Of a DNA stretch of 64,000 bases, positions 32,121-43,068 are shown piece after piece. A program made the position numbers and the translations under genes. The number at the start of each line of letters is the position of its first letter. Position 1 is the first letter of the stretch. The DNA comes from Dehalococcoidia bacterium (lineage in GTDB: Bacteria; Chloroflexota; Dehalococcoidia; SM23-28-2; RBG-16-64-32). The notes below the pieces were generated by a model, which saw only the letters and a list, made by a program, of their open reading frames with translations, was not told where the DNA came from and did not search any database. The DNA is taken from the NCBI GenBank assembly GCA_963665775.2, contig CAXXTF010000002.1, positions 1,216,001 to 1,280,000 of the forward strand. Reading direction: 5' to 3'.

Positions 32121-32567
32121 ATGAGTAGCCACGGCGCGATCATGGAGTCCCTACGGGAGGTGGGCTACAGGCTCACACCCCAGCGGATGCTCATCGTCTC
32201 TATCATCCATGAGTCAAAGGGCCACATCACGGCAGAGGAGATCCACAATCGCGTCGCCCAACAGTATCCCTACGTGGATATCTCCACCGTCTACAGGACG
32301 TTGCAGCTCCTGAAGAAGCTCCATATCGTAAGCGAGACCGATCTGGGTGGCAACCGCATCCAGTACGAGTTGGCCGCCGGGACGCGGCACCATCACCTGG
32401 TCTGCCACCGCTGTGGCGCCACTACCGCCCTGAACGACGACGTGATCGAGCCGCTGCGGGCGAGGCTTGCGGAGACGCACGGCTTCCAGGCGGACATGGA
32501 GCATTTCGCCATCTTCGGTCTGTGCGAGGCCTGCCACGGCAAACAGGGCGAGGAGGCCCGACCTTAA
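32121..32567 (+). CDS. Fur-family regulator (Nur/Zur-like)
   Basis: RLTPQR, STVYRTL, HHHLVCHRC, CEAC. Confidence 0.93.
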   Translation: MSSHGAIMESLREVGYRLTPQRMLIVSIIHESKGHITAEEIHNRVAQQYPYVDISTVYRTLQLLKKLHIVSETDLGGNRIQYELAAGTRHHHLVCHRCGATTALNDDVIEPLRARLAETHGFQADMEHFAIFGLCEACHGKQGEEARP

Positions 32568-33326
32568 ATGCCCTTTGAACTGGGCGTGGGGCTGATCGGA
32601 ACGGGGCTGACCCTGGGTCTGCGCCACGGCGCCGACTGGGACCACATCGCCGCCATCACGGACGTGACCAGCACCCAAGCAAACCGGCTCAAGGCGTTCG
32701 GGTTAGGCACCCTCTACGCCCTGGGACACGCCTTCGTCGTGATCCTGTTGGGCCTGCTGGCCATCTGGCTGGGGACCACCCTACCTAGCAGCGTCGACAA
32801 GTACATGGAGAGTGTCGTTGGCATCACCCTCATCCTCCTGGCGGTATGGGTATTCTGGTCTTTGATCCACAACCGGGAGAACTTCCGGATGCAAAGCCGA
32901 TGGATGCTGCTGTTCCGGACCTTTCGTCGGGCCTATCACTGGCTGGAGCGGCGGCTCGCCGGCCACGTTCACGCCGACCACGAACATCACCAGCCGGAGA
33001 GCGAAGGATACGGCGCCGGCGCCGCCTACGGCATCGGCATGCTTCACGGCATCGGCGCCGAGACCGGCACCCAAGTCCTACTGTTCGCCACCGTTGCCGG
33101 GGCCAAGAGCGACATGTCGGCCAGCCTGCTCCTCGTCGCCTTCGTGGCCGGGCTGGTAGTGTCCAACTCGCTGATCGCCCTCGCCTCCATAACCGGCCTG
33201 TGGGGCAAGCGGGCCAACAGCATCGCTTACCAGGCGGTGGGTGTGGTGGTGGGCGTGTTCAGCCTCACTCTGGGCATCCTCTTCCTGGTGCAGAGGGGCA
33301 ACGTCTTCCCTGCCATCCTCTCGTAG
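32568..33326 (+). CDS. NiCoT/HoxN-family nickel-cobalt transporter
   Basis: GLRHGADWDHIAAI, ALGH, His-rich loop, GMLHGIGAET. Confidence 0.85.
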   Translation: MPFELGVGLIGTGLTLGLRHGADWDHIAAITDVTSTQANRLKAFGLGTLYALGHAFVVILLGLLAIWLGTTLPSSVDKYMESVVGITLILLAVWVFWSLIHNRENFRMQSRWMLLFRTFRRAYHWLERRLAGHVHADHEHHQPESEGYGAGAAYGIGMLHGIGAETGTQVLLFATVAGAKSDMSASLLLVAFVAGLVVSNSLIALASITGLWGKRANSIAYQAVGVVVGVFSLTLGILFLVQRGNVFPAILS

Positions 33327-33391
33327 CGCCGGCTAAAGCATGAGCGCCCCCGGATCGAAGGCGCCCTCGCGAGCTCCTCGGCAGTGCGCGG

Positions 33392-33703
33392 CTATCCCTT
33401 AGCCACGCTCACATCGTCGCCCTCTACCTGCACCGCGTAGGTGCGGACAGAGCTGTCCGGGGGAGGGCCCACGACCTCGCCGCTCTTCACGTTGAACTGG
33501 CCCGAGTGCCAGGGGCACTCCACGACCTCGCCCATGAGTACGCCCTCGCCGAGGGGGCCGCCACGATGGCTGCACTCGTTGCCGAAGGCGACGATCTCGC
33601 CCCCCACGTTGGCCAAAACGACCTCCTGGTCGTCAACCTCCACCACCATCATTTCGCCGGGCGGCACTTCACCCACGCTGGCCACTCGCACGAACTCGGA
33701 CAT
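33392..33703 (-). CDS. Rieske-type [2Fe-2S] ferredoxin
   Basis: CSH and CPWH motifs. Confidence 0.9.
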   Translation of the reverse strand: MSEFVRVASVGEVPPGEMMVVEVDDQEVVLANVGGEIVAFGNECSHRGGPLGEGVLMGEVVECPWHSGQFNVKSGEVVGPPPDSSVRTYAVQVEGDDVSVAKG

Positions 33704-33829
33704 GCGCACCTCCTGCCGGTATTTAACAAGCGTTCACTGCATATATGTTAACACAACGCTTAACCAGTCTTGCCGGGCGGCCGCCGCCCGTGCTACTATT
33801 ACGGGCGTCAGCGAACTCCGGTTTCAGTC

Positions 33830-33962
33830 GAACCTTTAAGGCGGCCCCGCGAGGCCGACAAGGAGAGACGATCCTGGTCCGTACTCACGCCCTAGGCTAC
33901 GGCGCCCCATACCGAGCGAGCCATGACCCCTCTCGCGGCGGCAGCGAGGGGGTTTTTTGTTG
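33830..33962 (+). promoter_or_regulatory. PyrR-binding attenuator RNA leader
   Basis: CCTTTAAGGCGGCCCCGCGAGGCCGACAAGG binding-loop consensus; terminator hairpin 33925-33953 plus T-tract. Confidence 0.88.
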
Positions 33963-33983
33963 CCTCAAGCGCCGGGGAACCCG

Positions 33984-34553
33984 ATGAGCCACGCCGTAGT
34001 CCTTTCCGCCGGCGACATCCGGCGGGCAATCCGCCGCATCGCCCGCGAGATCGTGGAGCGCAACCGAGGGTTGGAAGAGGTGGTGCTGGTGGGAATGCGC
34101 ACTCGCGGCGTGCCCCTGGCCCAGCGCCTGGCCGACACCCTTGGCGAGTTCGAGGGGGAGAGCGTGCCCATCGGTACCCTGGATATCGGCCTCTATCGAG
34201 ACGACATCCCCTACCGCGAGCTAAAGCCACGCATCCAGCCCACCGAGCTGCCCACCGACATCGACGGTAAGCGCGTAGTGCTGGTGGACGATGTGCTGTA
34301 CACCGGCCGCAGCATTCGCGCCGCCCTGGATGCCCTCATCGACTTCGGCCGGCCCGCCACGATACAGCTCGCGGTGCTGGTTGACCGCGGCCACCGGGAG
34401 CTGCCCATCCGGGCCGACTACGTGGGGAAGAACATCCCCACATCCATGGGAGATGACGTGCAGGTCTTACTTCAAGAGACGGACGGACGCGACGAAGTGG
34501 TCGTCATGCCCGTTCTGAGCGGAGCCGAAGGAACGCCGGAAGGTGAACGATGA
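33984..34553 (+). CDS. pyrR: Pyr operon attenuation protein / UPRTase
   Basis: [43 protein letters not shown]. Confidence 0.96.
   Translation: MSHAVVLSAGDIRRAIRRIAREIVERNRGLEEVVLVGMRTRGVPLAQRLADTLGEFEGESVPIGTLDIGLYRDDIPYRELKPRIQPTELPTDIDGKRVVLVDDVLYTGRSIRAALDALIDFGRPATIQLAVLVDRGHRELPIRADYVGKNIPTSMGDDVQVLLQETDGRDEVVVMPVLSGAEGTPEGER
34508..34532 (+). repeat. Small palindromic REP-like element inside the pyrR 3' end
   Basis: CCCGTTCTGAGCGGAGCCGAAGG encoding PVLSGAEG, resembling a dispersed short repeat of Chloroflexota and Bacteroidota (from recall). Confidence 0.5.
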
Positions 34554-35557
34554 CGGAGGAGAGAACAGCGCCGGGGGCCGCTCCCGTCCTCGAGACACAG
34601 GCGCCCTGGAAGCGACGCCACGTCCTGGACCTGGACGACTTCAGGTCCGGCGAGATTGAGGCCGTTATGGAGACGGCGGACGCCATGAAAGAGGTGCTGG
34701 GCCGCGAGGTGCCCCGCGTGCCCGCCCTGCGCGGCAAGACCGTCGTCACTCTCTTCTACGAGTCTAGCACCCGCACCCGCACCTCCTTCGAGCTGGCGGC
34801 CAAGGCGCTGGGCGCCGATGTCATCAGCATCGGCGCCGACGGCTCCAGCGTCGAGAAAGGGGAGTCGCTTGTCGACACCGTGCGCACCCTGCAGGCCGTG
34901 GGCGGACAGCTACTGGTGATGCGCCATAGCTCCTCCGGCGCTCCTTACCTGGTGGCGCGGCAGGTACAGCTAAACGTCATCAACGCCGGCGACGGCTGGC
35001 ACGCCCATCCCACCCAGGGGCTGCTGGACCTGTACACCATGCGCTCTCGCCTGGGTGACCTTAAGGGCAAGCGCGTCGTCATCGTCGGCGACATCGCTCA
35101 CAGCCGGGTGGCCCGCTCCAACATTTGGGGCCTGACCGCCCTGGGCGCCGATATTGTAGTCTGCGGGCCGCCCACGCTGCTGCCCTACGGCCTGCGGCCC
35201 GGCGAAAGGGGCGCAGAGGAGCCTCCGGCCCTGCCGCCGGTGACGGTGGAGACGGAGCTGGAGCGAGCGCTGGCGGGCGCCGATGTGGTGATGGCGCTGC
35301 GACTCCAACTGGAGCGGATGAGTTCCGGCCTGCTCCCCTCGCTGCGGGAGTACACGCGGCTGTACCAGGTGAACGAGGATCGGCTGGCCCGCGCCCGTCC
35401 CGGCGCCCTGATGATGCACCCGGGGCCGATGAACGAGGGAGTGGAGATATCGCCGGCCCTGGCCCGCAGCGCCCAGTCCGTGATCGAGGAGCAGGTGAAC
35501 AACGGCGTCGCCGTGCGCATGGCGGTCCTCTACCTGCTGGCCAGGGGGAAGCCGTGA
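34550..35557 (+). CDS. pyrB: Aspartate carbamoyltransferase
   Basis: [33 protein letters not shown]. Confidence 0.96.
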   Translation: MTEERTAPGAAPVLETQAPWKRRHVLDLDDFRSGEIEAVMETADAMKEVLGREVPRVPALRGKTVVTLFYESSTRTRTSFELAAKALGADVISIGADGSSVEKGESLVDTVRTLQAVGGQLLVMRHSSSGAPYLVARQVQLNVINAGDGWHAHPTQGLLDLYTMRSRLGDLKGKRVVIVGDIAHSRVARSNIWGLTALGADIVVCGPPTLLPYGLRPGERGAEEPPALPPVTVETELERALAGADVVMALRLQLERMSSGLLPSLREYTRLYQVNEDRLARARPGALMMHPGPMNEGVEISPALARSAQSVIEEQVNNGVAVRMAVLYLLARGKP

Positions 35558-35642
35558 GGGGAGGGAACCACCCCGACGTAAACGCTAGGGCATCTATCCG
35601 GCATGATGCCCCAGGCTTCAACCTGGCGTGGAGGGCATCCTC

Positions 35643-36986
35643 ATGACCGGCTCCCTTGCCCTCCGCGGCGGGCGGGTCATCGATCCGGTAAACCGCATCG
35701 ATACTGTCGCCGACGTCCTCATCGTCGAGGGACGCGTCGCCGCCGTCGGTCCGGACGCGGGGAAGGACGCCTCCCAGACCATCGATGCCCGCGGGCTAGT
35801 CGTCTCCCCCGGCTTCGTCGATATCCACTGCCACCTGCGGGAGCCCGGCTTCGAGCAGAAGGAGACGATCGCCACCGGAACCCTGGCGGCGGCCCGCGGC
35901 GGCTTCACCACCGTCTGCGCCATGCCCAACACCGAGCCGCCCATCGACACGGCGGCCGTCCTCGGGTTCGTGCTGCGGACCGCCCGCGCCGAGGGTACCG
36001 TGCGCGTGCTGCCCATCGCCTGCGTGACGCGGGGCCGGGCAGGGAGCGATCTGGCCGAACTGGCGGAGCTGGCGGAGGCGGGCGCCGTCGCCTTCAGCGA
36101 CGACGGCTCGCCCGTGGCCGACGCCCACCTCATGCGCCGCGCCCTGGAGTACGCCTCCATGCTGGGGCTGCCCGTCATCGACCACTGCGAGGAGCGCTCG
36201 CTGGCCGAGGGCGGCGTCATGCACGAGGGGTGGGTGTCCACCCGCCTGGGTCTGCCCGGCGTCCCCGCCGCCGCCGAGGAGATGATGGTGGCCCGGGACA
36301 TCGCCCTGGCCGAGCTCACCGGCTCCCGCGTCCACATCGCCCACGTGAGCACGGCCGGCAGCGTCGACCTCCTACGCCGCGCCAAGGCCAGCGGCCTGCC
36401 CCTGACGGCGGAGGTGACGCCCCACCACCTCTGCCTGACCCACGAAGCGGTGCTGGGCGCGGCCGAGTCGCCCGCCGGGCTGGCCCATTCGATCGGCTCA
36501 GGGCTGGCCTACGACACCGACGCCAAGGTGAACCCGCCCCTACGCACGCCCGAGGACGCCGCCGCCTGCCTGGCGGGCCTTTTAGACGGCAGAATCGACT
36601 GCATCGCCACCGATCACGCGCCCCACGCCATCGAGGACAAGCTGTGCGAGTTCGACCGCGCTGCCTTCGGCATCAGCGGCCTGGAGACGGCCCTGGCCCT
36701 CTGCCTGACGCTGGTGAACGAGAAGCGGTTGGCCCTGCCGTCGCTCCTCGAGAAGCTGACCGTCGGGCCGGCGCGAGCCCTGGGCCTCGATAGGCGCATC
36801 GAGGGCCTCGGCACCCTGTCCGTGGGCGCGCCGGGGGACGTGGCCCTTATCGACCCCGAGGCGGAGTGGACGGTGGCGCCGGAGCGCTTCGCATCGAAGG
36901 GGAAGAACACGCCGCTGGCGGGACGCACGCTGCGCGGGCGGGTGATAGCGACGGTGTATGGGGGAAGCGTGGTGCATCAAGAATGA
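35643..36986 (+). CDS. pyrC: Dihydroorotase
   Basis: DIHCHLREPG, AMPNT, KVNPPLR, ATDHAPH, SKGKNTP. Confidence 0.96.
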   Translation: MTGSLALRGGRVIDPVNRIDTVADVLIVEGRVAAVGPDAGKDASQTIDARGLVVSPGFVDIHCHLREPGFEQKETIATGTLAAARGGFTTVCAMPNTEPPIDTAAVLGFVLRTARAEGTVRVLPIACVTRGRAGSDLAELAELAEAGAVAFSDDGSPVADAHLMRRALEYASMLGLPVIDHCEERSLAEGGVMHEGWVSTRLGLPGVPAAAEEMMVARDIALAELTGSRVHIAHVSTAGSVDLLRRAKASGLPLTAEVTPHHLCLTHEAVLGAAESPAGLAHSIGSGLAYDTDAKVNPPLRTPEDAAACLAGLLDGRIDCIATDHAPHAIEDKLCEFDRAAFGISGLETALALCLTLVNEKRLALPSLLEKLTVGPARALGLDRRIEGLGTLSVGAPGDVALIDPEAEWTVAPERFASKGKNTPLAGRTLRGRVIATVYGGSVVHQE

Positions 36987-37468
36987 ACGATGTAGTGCAG
37001 GGCGCATTGATAGCTGCGCTTTCGGCGCTTGGTGGCGTCCTGATCACGCAGATTGGCAATGTGGTAATTGAAAAGCGCCGCGAGCTAGCGAGCTATCGTG
37101 TCAATCTGTACGCGAAGCGCCTCGAGGTGCATCAGGAGGCTTATCGCTGGTTGCTCACTCTAATCGAGTGGCTTCGCAGCACAATGGAACAGCCGCCAGA
37201 TGAAATTCCTCGTCTCTTTCACCAGAGGCTCGACTACGAGAGTAAAGAGGCCAGAAAGTGGTGGGATGCGAATTGCCTCTACTTGGACGACTCATCTCGC
37301 GCTCTTGTTGTCCGGTTCATTGAGATAGCACGCGCCGTAGCGGATCAAGAGGATCTGCCGGAAGGCACTGATCCGATAAGAGTCTACCGTGATGCGTTGG
37401 GCGCTATTCAGACGGGCATTGGGATGAAACACATTGAGGAGAGGAAGGTCGAGCCGGTTGACCGCTAG
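36983..37468 (+). CDS. Lower-GC hypothetical membrane-anchored protein inserted in the pyr operon
   Basis: ATGA overlap with pyrC, N-terminal TM helix, atypical codon usage. Confidence 0.7.
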   Translation: MNDVVQGALIAALSALGGVLITQIGNVVIEKRRELASYRVNLYAKRLEVHQEAYRWLLTLIEWLRSTMEQPPDEIPRLFHQRLDYESKEARKWWDANCLYLDDSSRALVVRFIEIARAVADQEDLPEGTDPIRVYRDALGAIQTGIGMKHIEERKVEPVDR

Positions 37469-38543
37469 TGTTCTACTCGTGCTGGCAGACGGCACGTCCT
37501 TCGCCGGGCAGCCCCTGGGGGCCGCGGGCCGCAGCCACGGCGAGGTCGTCTTCTCCACTGCCATGACCGGCTACCAGGAGATGCTCACCGACCCCTCCTA
37601 CGCCGGCCAGATCCTGGTCCTCACCTACCCCCTGGCCGGCAACTACGGCATCAACCCCGAGGATGTGGAGTCGAGGCGCATCCAGGTGCGCGGCCTGGTC
37701 GTCCACGAGGCCTGCGACCTCCCCTCCCATTGGCGCTCGGAGATGACCCTGCACCAGTACCTCGCCTCGGAGGAGATCGCCGGCATCTCCGGCCTCGACA
37801 CGCGGGCCCTCACCCACCGCCTGCGCCGCGCCGGTGTCATGATGGGCACGATCACCGCCGACGAGACGGCCGACGAGGCGCTGGCCCGCCTGCGCTCCCT
37901 TCCGCCCTACGGCGAGACCGACCTGGCGCGGGAGGTGACCACCGACCAGCCGTACGATTGGCCGCAGCCGGAGGAGCCGCGCCGTCACGTCGTGGTCGTG
38001 GACAGCGGCGTGAAGTACAACATCCTGCGCCTGCTGCGAGAGCGCGGCTGCCGCGTGACCACGCTACCCTGCACCGCTTCGGCGGAGGATGTCCTATCGC
38101 TCAATCCGGACGGCGTCCTCTTCTCGCCCGGCCCGGGCGACCCGGCGCTGCTGGACTACCTGGTGTCGACGGTGAAGGGGCTCATCGGGAAGAGGCCGCT
38201 GCTGGGGATCTGCCTGGGGCACCAGCTGCTGGGCCGGGCCTTCGGCGCCCGCACGTTCAAGCTGAAGTTCGGTCACCGAGGCGCCAACCACCCGGTGCGC
38301 GACCTGCTGACCGGCCGCATCCACATCACGGCCCAGAACCACGGTTACGCCCTGGACGGCGACGGCCTCTCCGATGGCATCGAGGTGTCGCAGGTGCACC
38401 TGAACGACGGCACCGTCGAGGGGCTGTGGCACCCTTCAGAGCCGCTGCTCTCCATCCAGTACCACTCGGAGGCCTCACCGGGGCCCCAGGACAACGTGTA
38501 CATCTTTGACCGCTTCGTCCAGATGATCGAGGAGGCCACCTGA
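37458..38543 (+). CDS. carA: Carbamoyl-phosphate synthase small subunit
   Basis: GEVVF, TDPSYAGQ, SPGPGDP, GICLGHQ, QYHSEA; TTG start inferred. Confidence 0.96.
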   Translation: MTASVLLVLADGTSFAGQPLGAAGRSHGEVVFSTAMTGYQEMLTDPSYAGQILVLTYPLAGNYGINPEDVESRRIQVRGLVVHEACDLPSHWRSEMTLHQYLASEEIAGISGLDTRALTHRLRRAGVMMGTITADETADEALARLRSLPPYGETDLAREVTTDQPYDWPQPEEPRRHVVVVDSGVKYNILRLLRERGCRVTTLPCTASAEDVLSLNPDGVLFSPGPGDPALLDYLVSTVKGLIGKRPLLGICLGHQLLGRAFGARTFKLKFGHRGANHPVRDLLTGRIHITAQNHGYALDGDGLSDGIEVSQVHLNDGTVEGLWHPSEPLLSIQYHSEASPGPQDNVYIFDRFVQMIEEAT

Positions 38544-39001
38544 TGCCGGAGCCAACCTATCGCCAGGCCAGCCCGGACGACGCCGAGGCGATCGCCGCCG
38601 TGAGCGCGCACGTTTGGCGGGAGGAGGGGGAGAGCAGCGGCATCCGCGAGCCCCTGGCCACCGCCGAGGGGGTAGTCGCTCGCATGGCCGGCTACGACGA
38701 TCGCGGCGCCATCTTCATCTGCGAACGAGATGAGGGCGCCTGCGGCTTCGCCCTGCTGGAGCTGTACGCGCCGGAGGAGGGGTCCGCCGTCCTGGGCGTG
38801 TGGGTCCTCCCCTCGATGCGACGACAGGGGATCGGGCGGGAGCTGGCCCTGATGGCCCTGGCGTTCGCCCGCGCGGCGGAGTATCGGAAGGTGCGGGGGA
38901 CGCTGCCGCCGGGGAACGAGGCGGCGCTCTCCTTCTTCGACGAGATCGGAGCCTTGGCCCCGGTAGTGGGCGCGGGCATGCAGTACGAGCTGCCGCTGTG
39001 A
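38543..39001 (+). CDS. GNAT acetyltransferase
   Basis: VLPSMRRQGIG motif A, NEAALSFF. Confidence 0.85.
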   Translation: MPEPTYRQASPDDAEAIAAVSAHVWREEGESSGIREPLATAEGVVARMAGYDDRGAIFICERDEGACGFALLELYAPEEGSAVLGVWVLPSMRRQGIGRELALMALAFARAAEYRKVRGTLPPGNEAALSFFDEIGALAPVVGAGMQYELPL

Positions 39002-39072
39002 GGGAGGAAACGATGACCTCCCTCCGCCGCTCTTACCCTCGCTCCGGGCCCATCGTCATCGGCCCGGCGGGG
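39001..39072 (+). pseudogene. Relic 5' end of carB
   Basis: GGAGG-ATG 39013; 39041-39064 matches carB 39842-39865 at 23/24 nt (SGPIVIG vs SGPIIIG). Confidence 0.75.
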
Positions 39073-39075
39073 CTG

Positions 39076-39417
39076 CTACTCGGCGGGCGCCTCATACACC
39101 AGGCGGCCGGTTCGAATGATCTCGCGCAGGAAGGAGTGGCGGCCCAGGTTATGGTACTCGCTGGAGGGATAGCCGATGGGCTCGATGCGCCCATCGCGCT
39201 CGCGCCATGTCAGCCGCGAGATTATCTCCTGCCTCTCGTTAATGGGCAGCGCTTCGAAATCAGGCGAAACAACGGCGATGTCGATGTCGCTCCACTCATG
39301 CGGGCGCCCCTGACCATACGAGCCATAAAGGATCACGGCCTCAACACGAATACTCTTTTGCAGGTTTTCAATGAAGCGTGAGATCGCTCTCTCTAGTTCA
39401 GCTTGGGTCGTAACCAA
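39076..39417 (-). CDS. Minimal nucleotidyltransferase (MNT antitoxin-like)
   Basis: LYGSYGQG...SDIDIAVV. Confidence 0.9.
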   Translation of the reverse strand: MVTTQAELERAISRFIENLQKSIRVEAVILYGSYGQGRPHEWSDIDIAVVSPDFEALPINERQEIISRLTWRERDGRIEPIGYPSSEYHNLGRHSFLREIIRTGRLVYEAPAE

Positions 39418-39767
39418 TCGAATAGCTCCGTGGCTCGCCTATAGTAAGACTCGGCCTGCTCATGGGTATATTCCGCAATCACATCGCCATATCGAGTTGG
39501 ATTGTACTGCCTGGCGAGACTGTCCAGGAACCCCCACATCTCCTCTTCTAATTCTAGACCAACTTCCCGCGCCAGCGATACAAGACTGTGTGTCTTCGGA
39601 GGATATCCCTCTTTCGCCTGTTCGATCCACAATGCCTTCAGCAGTTTCTCGGTCGCCTGCTGGCAATGAAATACGCACGGCCGGTACAGTGACGACTCCA
39701 GAGCCGACCCGGCCATATGACGGTCCTCTTCCGCCAGCCTCACCCAGCCCTGCGTCTCCGGCTTCAT
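39393..39767 (-). CDS. HEPN-domain protein
   Basis: FHCQQATEKLLKA, KTHSL, TRYGD. Confidence 0.9.
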   Translation of the reverse strand: MKPETQGWVRLAEEDRHMAGSALESSLYRPCVFHCQQATEKLLKALWIEQAKEGYPPKTHSLVSLAREVGLELEEEMWGFLDSLARQYNPTRYGDVIAEYTHEQAESYYRRATELFDWLRPKLN

Positions 39768-39807
39768 ACGCGCATCCTAGCTCACCATCGTTTGGCAGGT
39801 CAAAACA

Positions 39808-42800
39808 ATGACCGCTAAGCCCGCCAAGGTCCTCATCATCGGCTCCGGGCCCATCATCATCGGCCAGGCCGCGGAGTTCGACTACTCCGGCTCCCAGGCC
39901 TGCCGCGCCCTGCGGGAGGAGGGCGTCCACACCGTCCTCATCAACTCCAACCCGGCCACCATCATGACCGACGAGGGGATCGCCGACACCGTCTATATAG
40001 AGCCCCTCACCGTGGAGGTCATCGCCCGCATCATCGAGCGCGAGCGGCCGGACGGCCTCCTGCCCACCCTGGGCGGTCAGACCGGCCTCAACCTGGCCGT
40101 CGATCTGGCCGACGCCGGCGTCCTAGACCAGTACGACGTCCGCAGTCTGGGCACCCCCATCGACACCATCCGCCGCGCCGAGGACCGCGAGCTGTTCCGA
40201 CAGCTCCTCTCTGACATCGGCGAGCCGGTGCCGGAGAGCGCCACCGTCACCAACCGGGAGGAGGCAGGCCGCGCGGCCCAGCATCTCGGGCTGCCGGTGG
40301 TCATCCGTCCCGCCTACACCCTGGGCGGCACCGGCGGCGGCATCGCCCACACTATCGAGGCGATGGAACAGATAGCCGATGGCGGGCTGGCCGCCTCCCC
40401 CATCCACCAGGTGCTGGTGGAGCGCTGCCTCCTGGGCTGGAAGGAGGTCGAGTACGAGGTGGTGCGGGATGGCGCCGACAACTGCATCACCGTCTGCAAC
40501 ATGGAGAACCTGGACGCCATGGGCGTACACACTGGCGACAGCATCGTGGTGGCCCCCAGCCAGACCCTCTCCGATAAGGAGTACCAGATGCTCCGCTCCG
40601 CCTCCCTCAAGATCATCCGCGCCCTGGGCATTGAAGGCGGCTGCAACATCCAGTTCGCCCTAGCGCCCCGTAGGGAGATCGCCGACTGGGCGCTGGGGCC
40701 GGACGGCCGGCCGCCCTACTACGTCATCGAGGTCAACCCCCGCGTCTCCCGCAGCTCTGCCCTCGCCTCGAAAGCGACGGGCTACCCTATCGCCAGGGTG
40801 GCCGCCAAGATCGCCGCCGGTCGCCGCCTAGACGAGATCCCCAACCGGGTGACCGGCAAGACCACTGCCGCCTTCGAGCCGGCCCTGGACTACGTCGTGG
40901 TCAAGATCCCCCGCTGGCCCTTCGATAAGTTCCCCCTGGGCGAGCGCACCATCGGCACCCAGATGAAGGCCACCGGCGAGGTGATGGCGATCGACCGCAC
41001 CTTCGAGGCGGCGCTGGGCAAGGCCGTTCGTTCCCTGGAGATCGGGGGCCGCTCCCTCCTGTGGGAGCACCCCGGCTGGCGGGACGCCGACCCTCGGGAC
41101 TACTTGACCGTACCGACGGACGAGCGGCTGTGGGCCCTTCTCGCCTCCCTCCGGCGGGGCGCCACGCCCGAGGAGATAGCGCGCCTCTCCGGCATCGACC
41201 CCTGGTTCCTGCACAAGCTTCAGGGCACGGTGCAGATGGAGCGGCGTCTCCTAACCGAACCCCTCTCGCCGGAACTCCTGCGTCAGGCTAAACGCTTAGG
41301 CCTCTCCGACGAGGTCATCGGCACCCTCGCCGACCGCCTGCCGGAGCAGGTCCGGGAGCTTCGTCAGCGGCTCGGCGTGCTGCCCGTTTACAAGATGGTG
41401 GACACCTGCGCCGCCGAGTTCGAGGCGGAGACTCCCTACTTCTACAGCACCTACGACGAAGAGAACGAGGCCCCCGCCCTGGGCCAGAACCCGGCCCTGG
41501 TCATCGGCAGCGGGCCTATCCGCATCGGCCAGGGGATCGAGTTCGATTACTGCTCCGTGCACGCCGCCTGGGCCCTCCAGGAAGCAGGCGTCCCCGCGAT
41601 CATGGCCAACTCCAACCCGGAGACCGTCTCCACCGACTTCGACACCAGCGACCGTCTGTACTTCGAGCCCCTGGACGAGGAGGGGCTGCGTGACCTGCTG
41701 GAGAACGAAGAGGCCAACGGCCAGTCGCCTCGCTCCATCGTCCAATTCGGGGGCCAGACCGCTGTCAACCTGGCCGGGCCCCTGACTAGGGCCAACCTGC
41801 CCATCCTGGGCTCCAGCGCCGAGGCGATCGACATCGCTGAGGACCGCTCCCGCTTCGAGGAGCTCCTGCAGCGGATGGGCATCCCCCAACCGCCCGGCGC
41901 CGCCATCCGCGGCGTAGAGGAAGCGCTCTCCACGGCCCAGCTCATCGGCTACCCCGTCCTGGTGCGACCCAGTTACGTGCTCGGTGGCCGCGCCATGGAG
42001 ATCGTCCAGAACGCCAGCGACCTCATCCGCTACGTCGGCGAGGCCGCCCAGATCGCCGGCGGGAAACCCGTCCTCATCGATAAGTACCTGGAGGGGATCG
42101 AAGCCGAGGTAGACGGCGTCTGCGATGGCGAAGACACGCTGATCCCTGGCGTCATGCAGCATATCGAGCGCGCCGGCGTCCACTCCGGCGACTCCATGGC
42201 CGTCTATCCGGCCCTTGGCCTCACCGCCGAAGAGGTGGAGACGATCGTCGATTATACCCGGCGCCTCGGCACGGCTCTAAACGTGCGCGGTCTGATGAAC
42301 GTCCAGTACGTCATCATGCGCGACGGCGAAGGCTCCAGCGTCTACGTGCTGGAGGTCAACCCCCGCGCCAGCCGAACGATACCGTTCATCTCCAAGGTCA
42401 CGGGCGTCCCCATGGTGCGGCTGGCCGTTCAGGTCATGCTGGGCAAGACCATTCGGGAACTGGGCTACGAACCAGGCCTCCAGCCCAGGCAGAGGCTGGT
42501 AGCCGTCAAGGCCCCCGTCTTCTCGATGTCCAAGCTTATCGGCGTCGACAGCCACCTGGGGCCTGAGATGAAATCCACCGGCGAGGTCATGGGCGTGGAC
42601 TACACCTTCGAGGCGGCCCTGGCCAAGGCCCTTCACGCCGCCAGTCTGGCCCTCCCCAGGAGCGGCTCCATCCTCCTCAGCCTGGCCGACCACAGCAAGC
42701 CGGAGGCCCTGCCTATGGTGCACAGCCTGGCCCAGGCCGGCTACCGTATCTACGCCACGAAGGGCACGGCGGCCATGATCCGGGCCGTCGGCCTACCGGT

Positions 42801-43068
42801 AGAGCAGGTACCCAAGCGGCTGGACGAGGGCCACCCCAACGTCGTCGATGTCATTCAGGAAGGCCTCGTGGACGCCGTCATCAACACCCCAGAGGGCCAG
42901 CAAACGGCTACCCTCCGTGACGGTTTCGAGATCCGTCGCGCCGCCGCCGAGAAGGGGATACCGTGCCTGACCTCCACAGACACCGCAGCCGCCGCCGTCT
43001 CCGCCCTGGTCGGCGGCGAACGCCACTTCACCATCCAGCCTCTGCGGGAATACCTGGGTGGGCGATAG
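39808..43068 (+). CDS. carB: Carbamoyl-phosphate synthase large subunit
   Basis: [27 protein letters not shown], duplicated ATP-grasp, MGS domain. Confidence 0.98.
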   Translation: MTAKPAKVLIIGSGPIIIGQAAEFDYSGSQACRALREEGVHTVLINSNPATIMTDEGIADTVYIEPLTVEVIARIIERERPDGLLPTLGGQTGLNLAVDLADAGVLDQYDVRSLGTPIDTIRRAEDRELFRQLLSDIGEPVPESATVTNREEAGRAAQHLGLPVVIRPAYTLGGTGGGIAHTIEAMEQIADGGLAASPIHQVLVERCLLGWKEVEYEVVRDGADNCITVCNMENLDAMGVHTGDSIVVAPSQTLSDKEYQMLRSASLKIIRALGIEGGCNIQFALAPRREIADWALGPDGRPPYYVIEVNPRVSRSSALASKATGYPIARVAAKIAAGRRLDEIPNRVTGKTTAAFEPALDYVVVKIPRWPFDKFPLGERTIGTQMKATGEVMAIDRTFEAALGKAVRSLEIGGRSLLWEHPGWRDADPRDYLTVPTDERLWALLASLRRGATPEEIARLSGIDPWFLHKLQGTVQMERRLLTEPLSPELLRQAKRLGLSDEVIGTLADRLPEQVRELRQRLGVLPVYKMVDTCAAEFEAETPYFYSTYDEENEAPALGQNPALVIGSGPIRIGQGIEFDYCSVHAAWALQEAGVPAIMANSNPETVSTDFDTSDRLYFEPLDEEGLRDLLENEEANGQSPRSIVQFGGQTAVNLAGPLTRANLPILGSSAEAIDIAEDRSRFEELLQRMGIPQPPGAAIRGVEEALSTAQLIGYPVLVRPSYVLGGRAMEIVQNASDLIRYVGEAAQIAGGKPVLIDKYLEGIEAEVDGVCDGEDTLIPGVMQHIERAGVHSGDSMAVYPALGLTAEEVETIVDYTRRLGTALNVRGLMNVQYVIMRDGEGSSVYVLEVNPRASRTIPFISKVTGVPMVRLAVQVMLGKTIRELGYEPGLQPRQRLVAVKAPVFSMSKLIGVDSHLGPEMKSTGEVMGVDYTFEAALAKALHAASLALPRSGSILLSLADHSKPEALPMVHSLAQAGYRIYATKGTAAMIRAVGLPVEQVPKRLDEGHPNVVDVIQEGLVDAVINTPEGQQTATLRDGFEIRRAAAEKGIPCLTSTDTAAAAVSALVGGERHFTIQPLREYLGGR

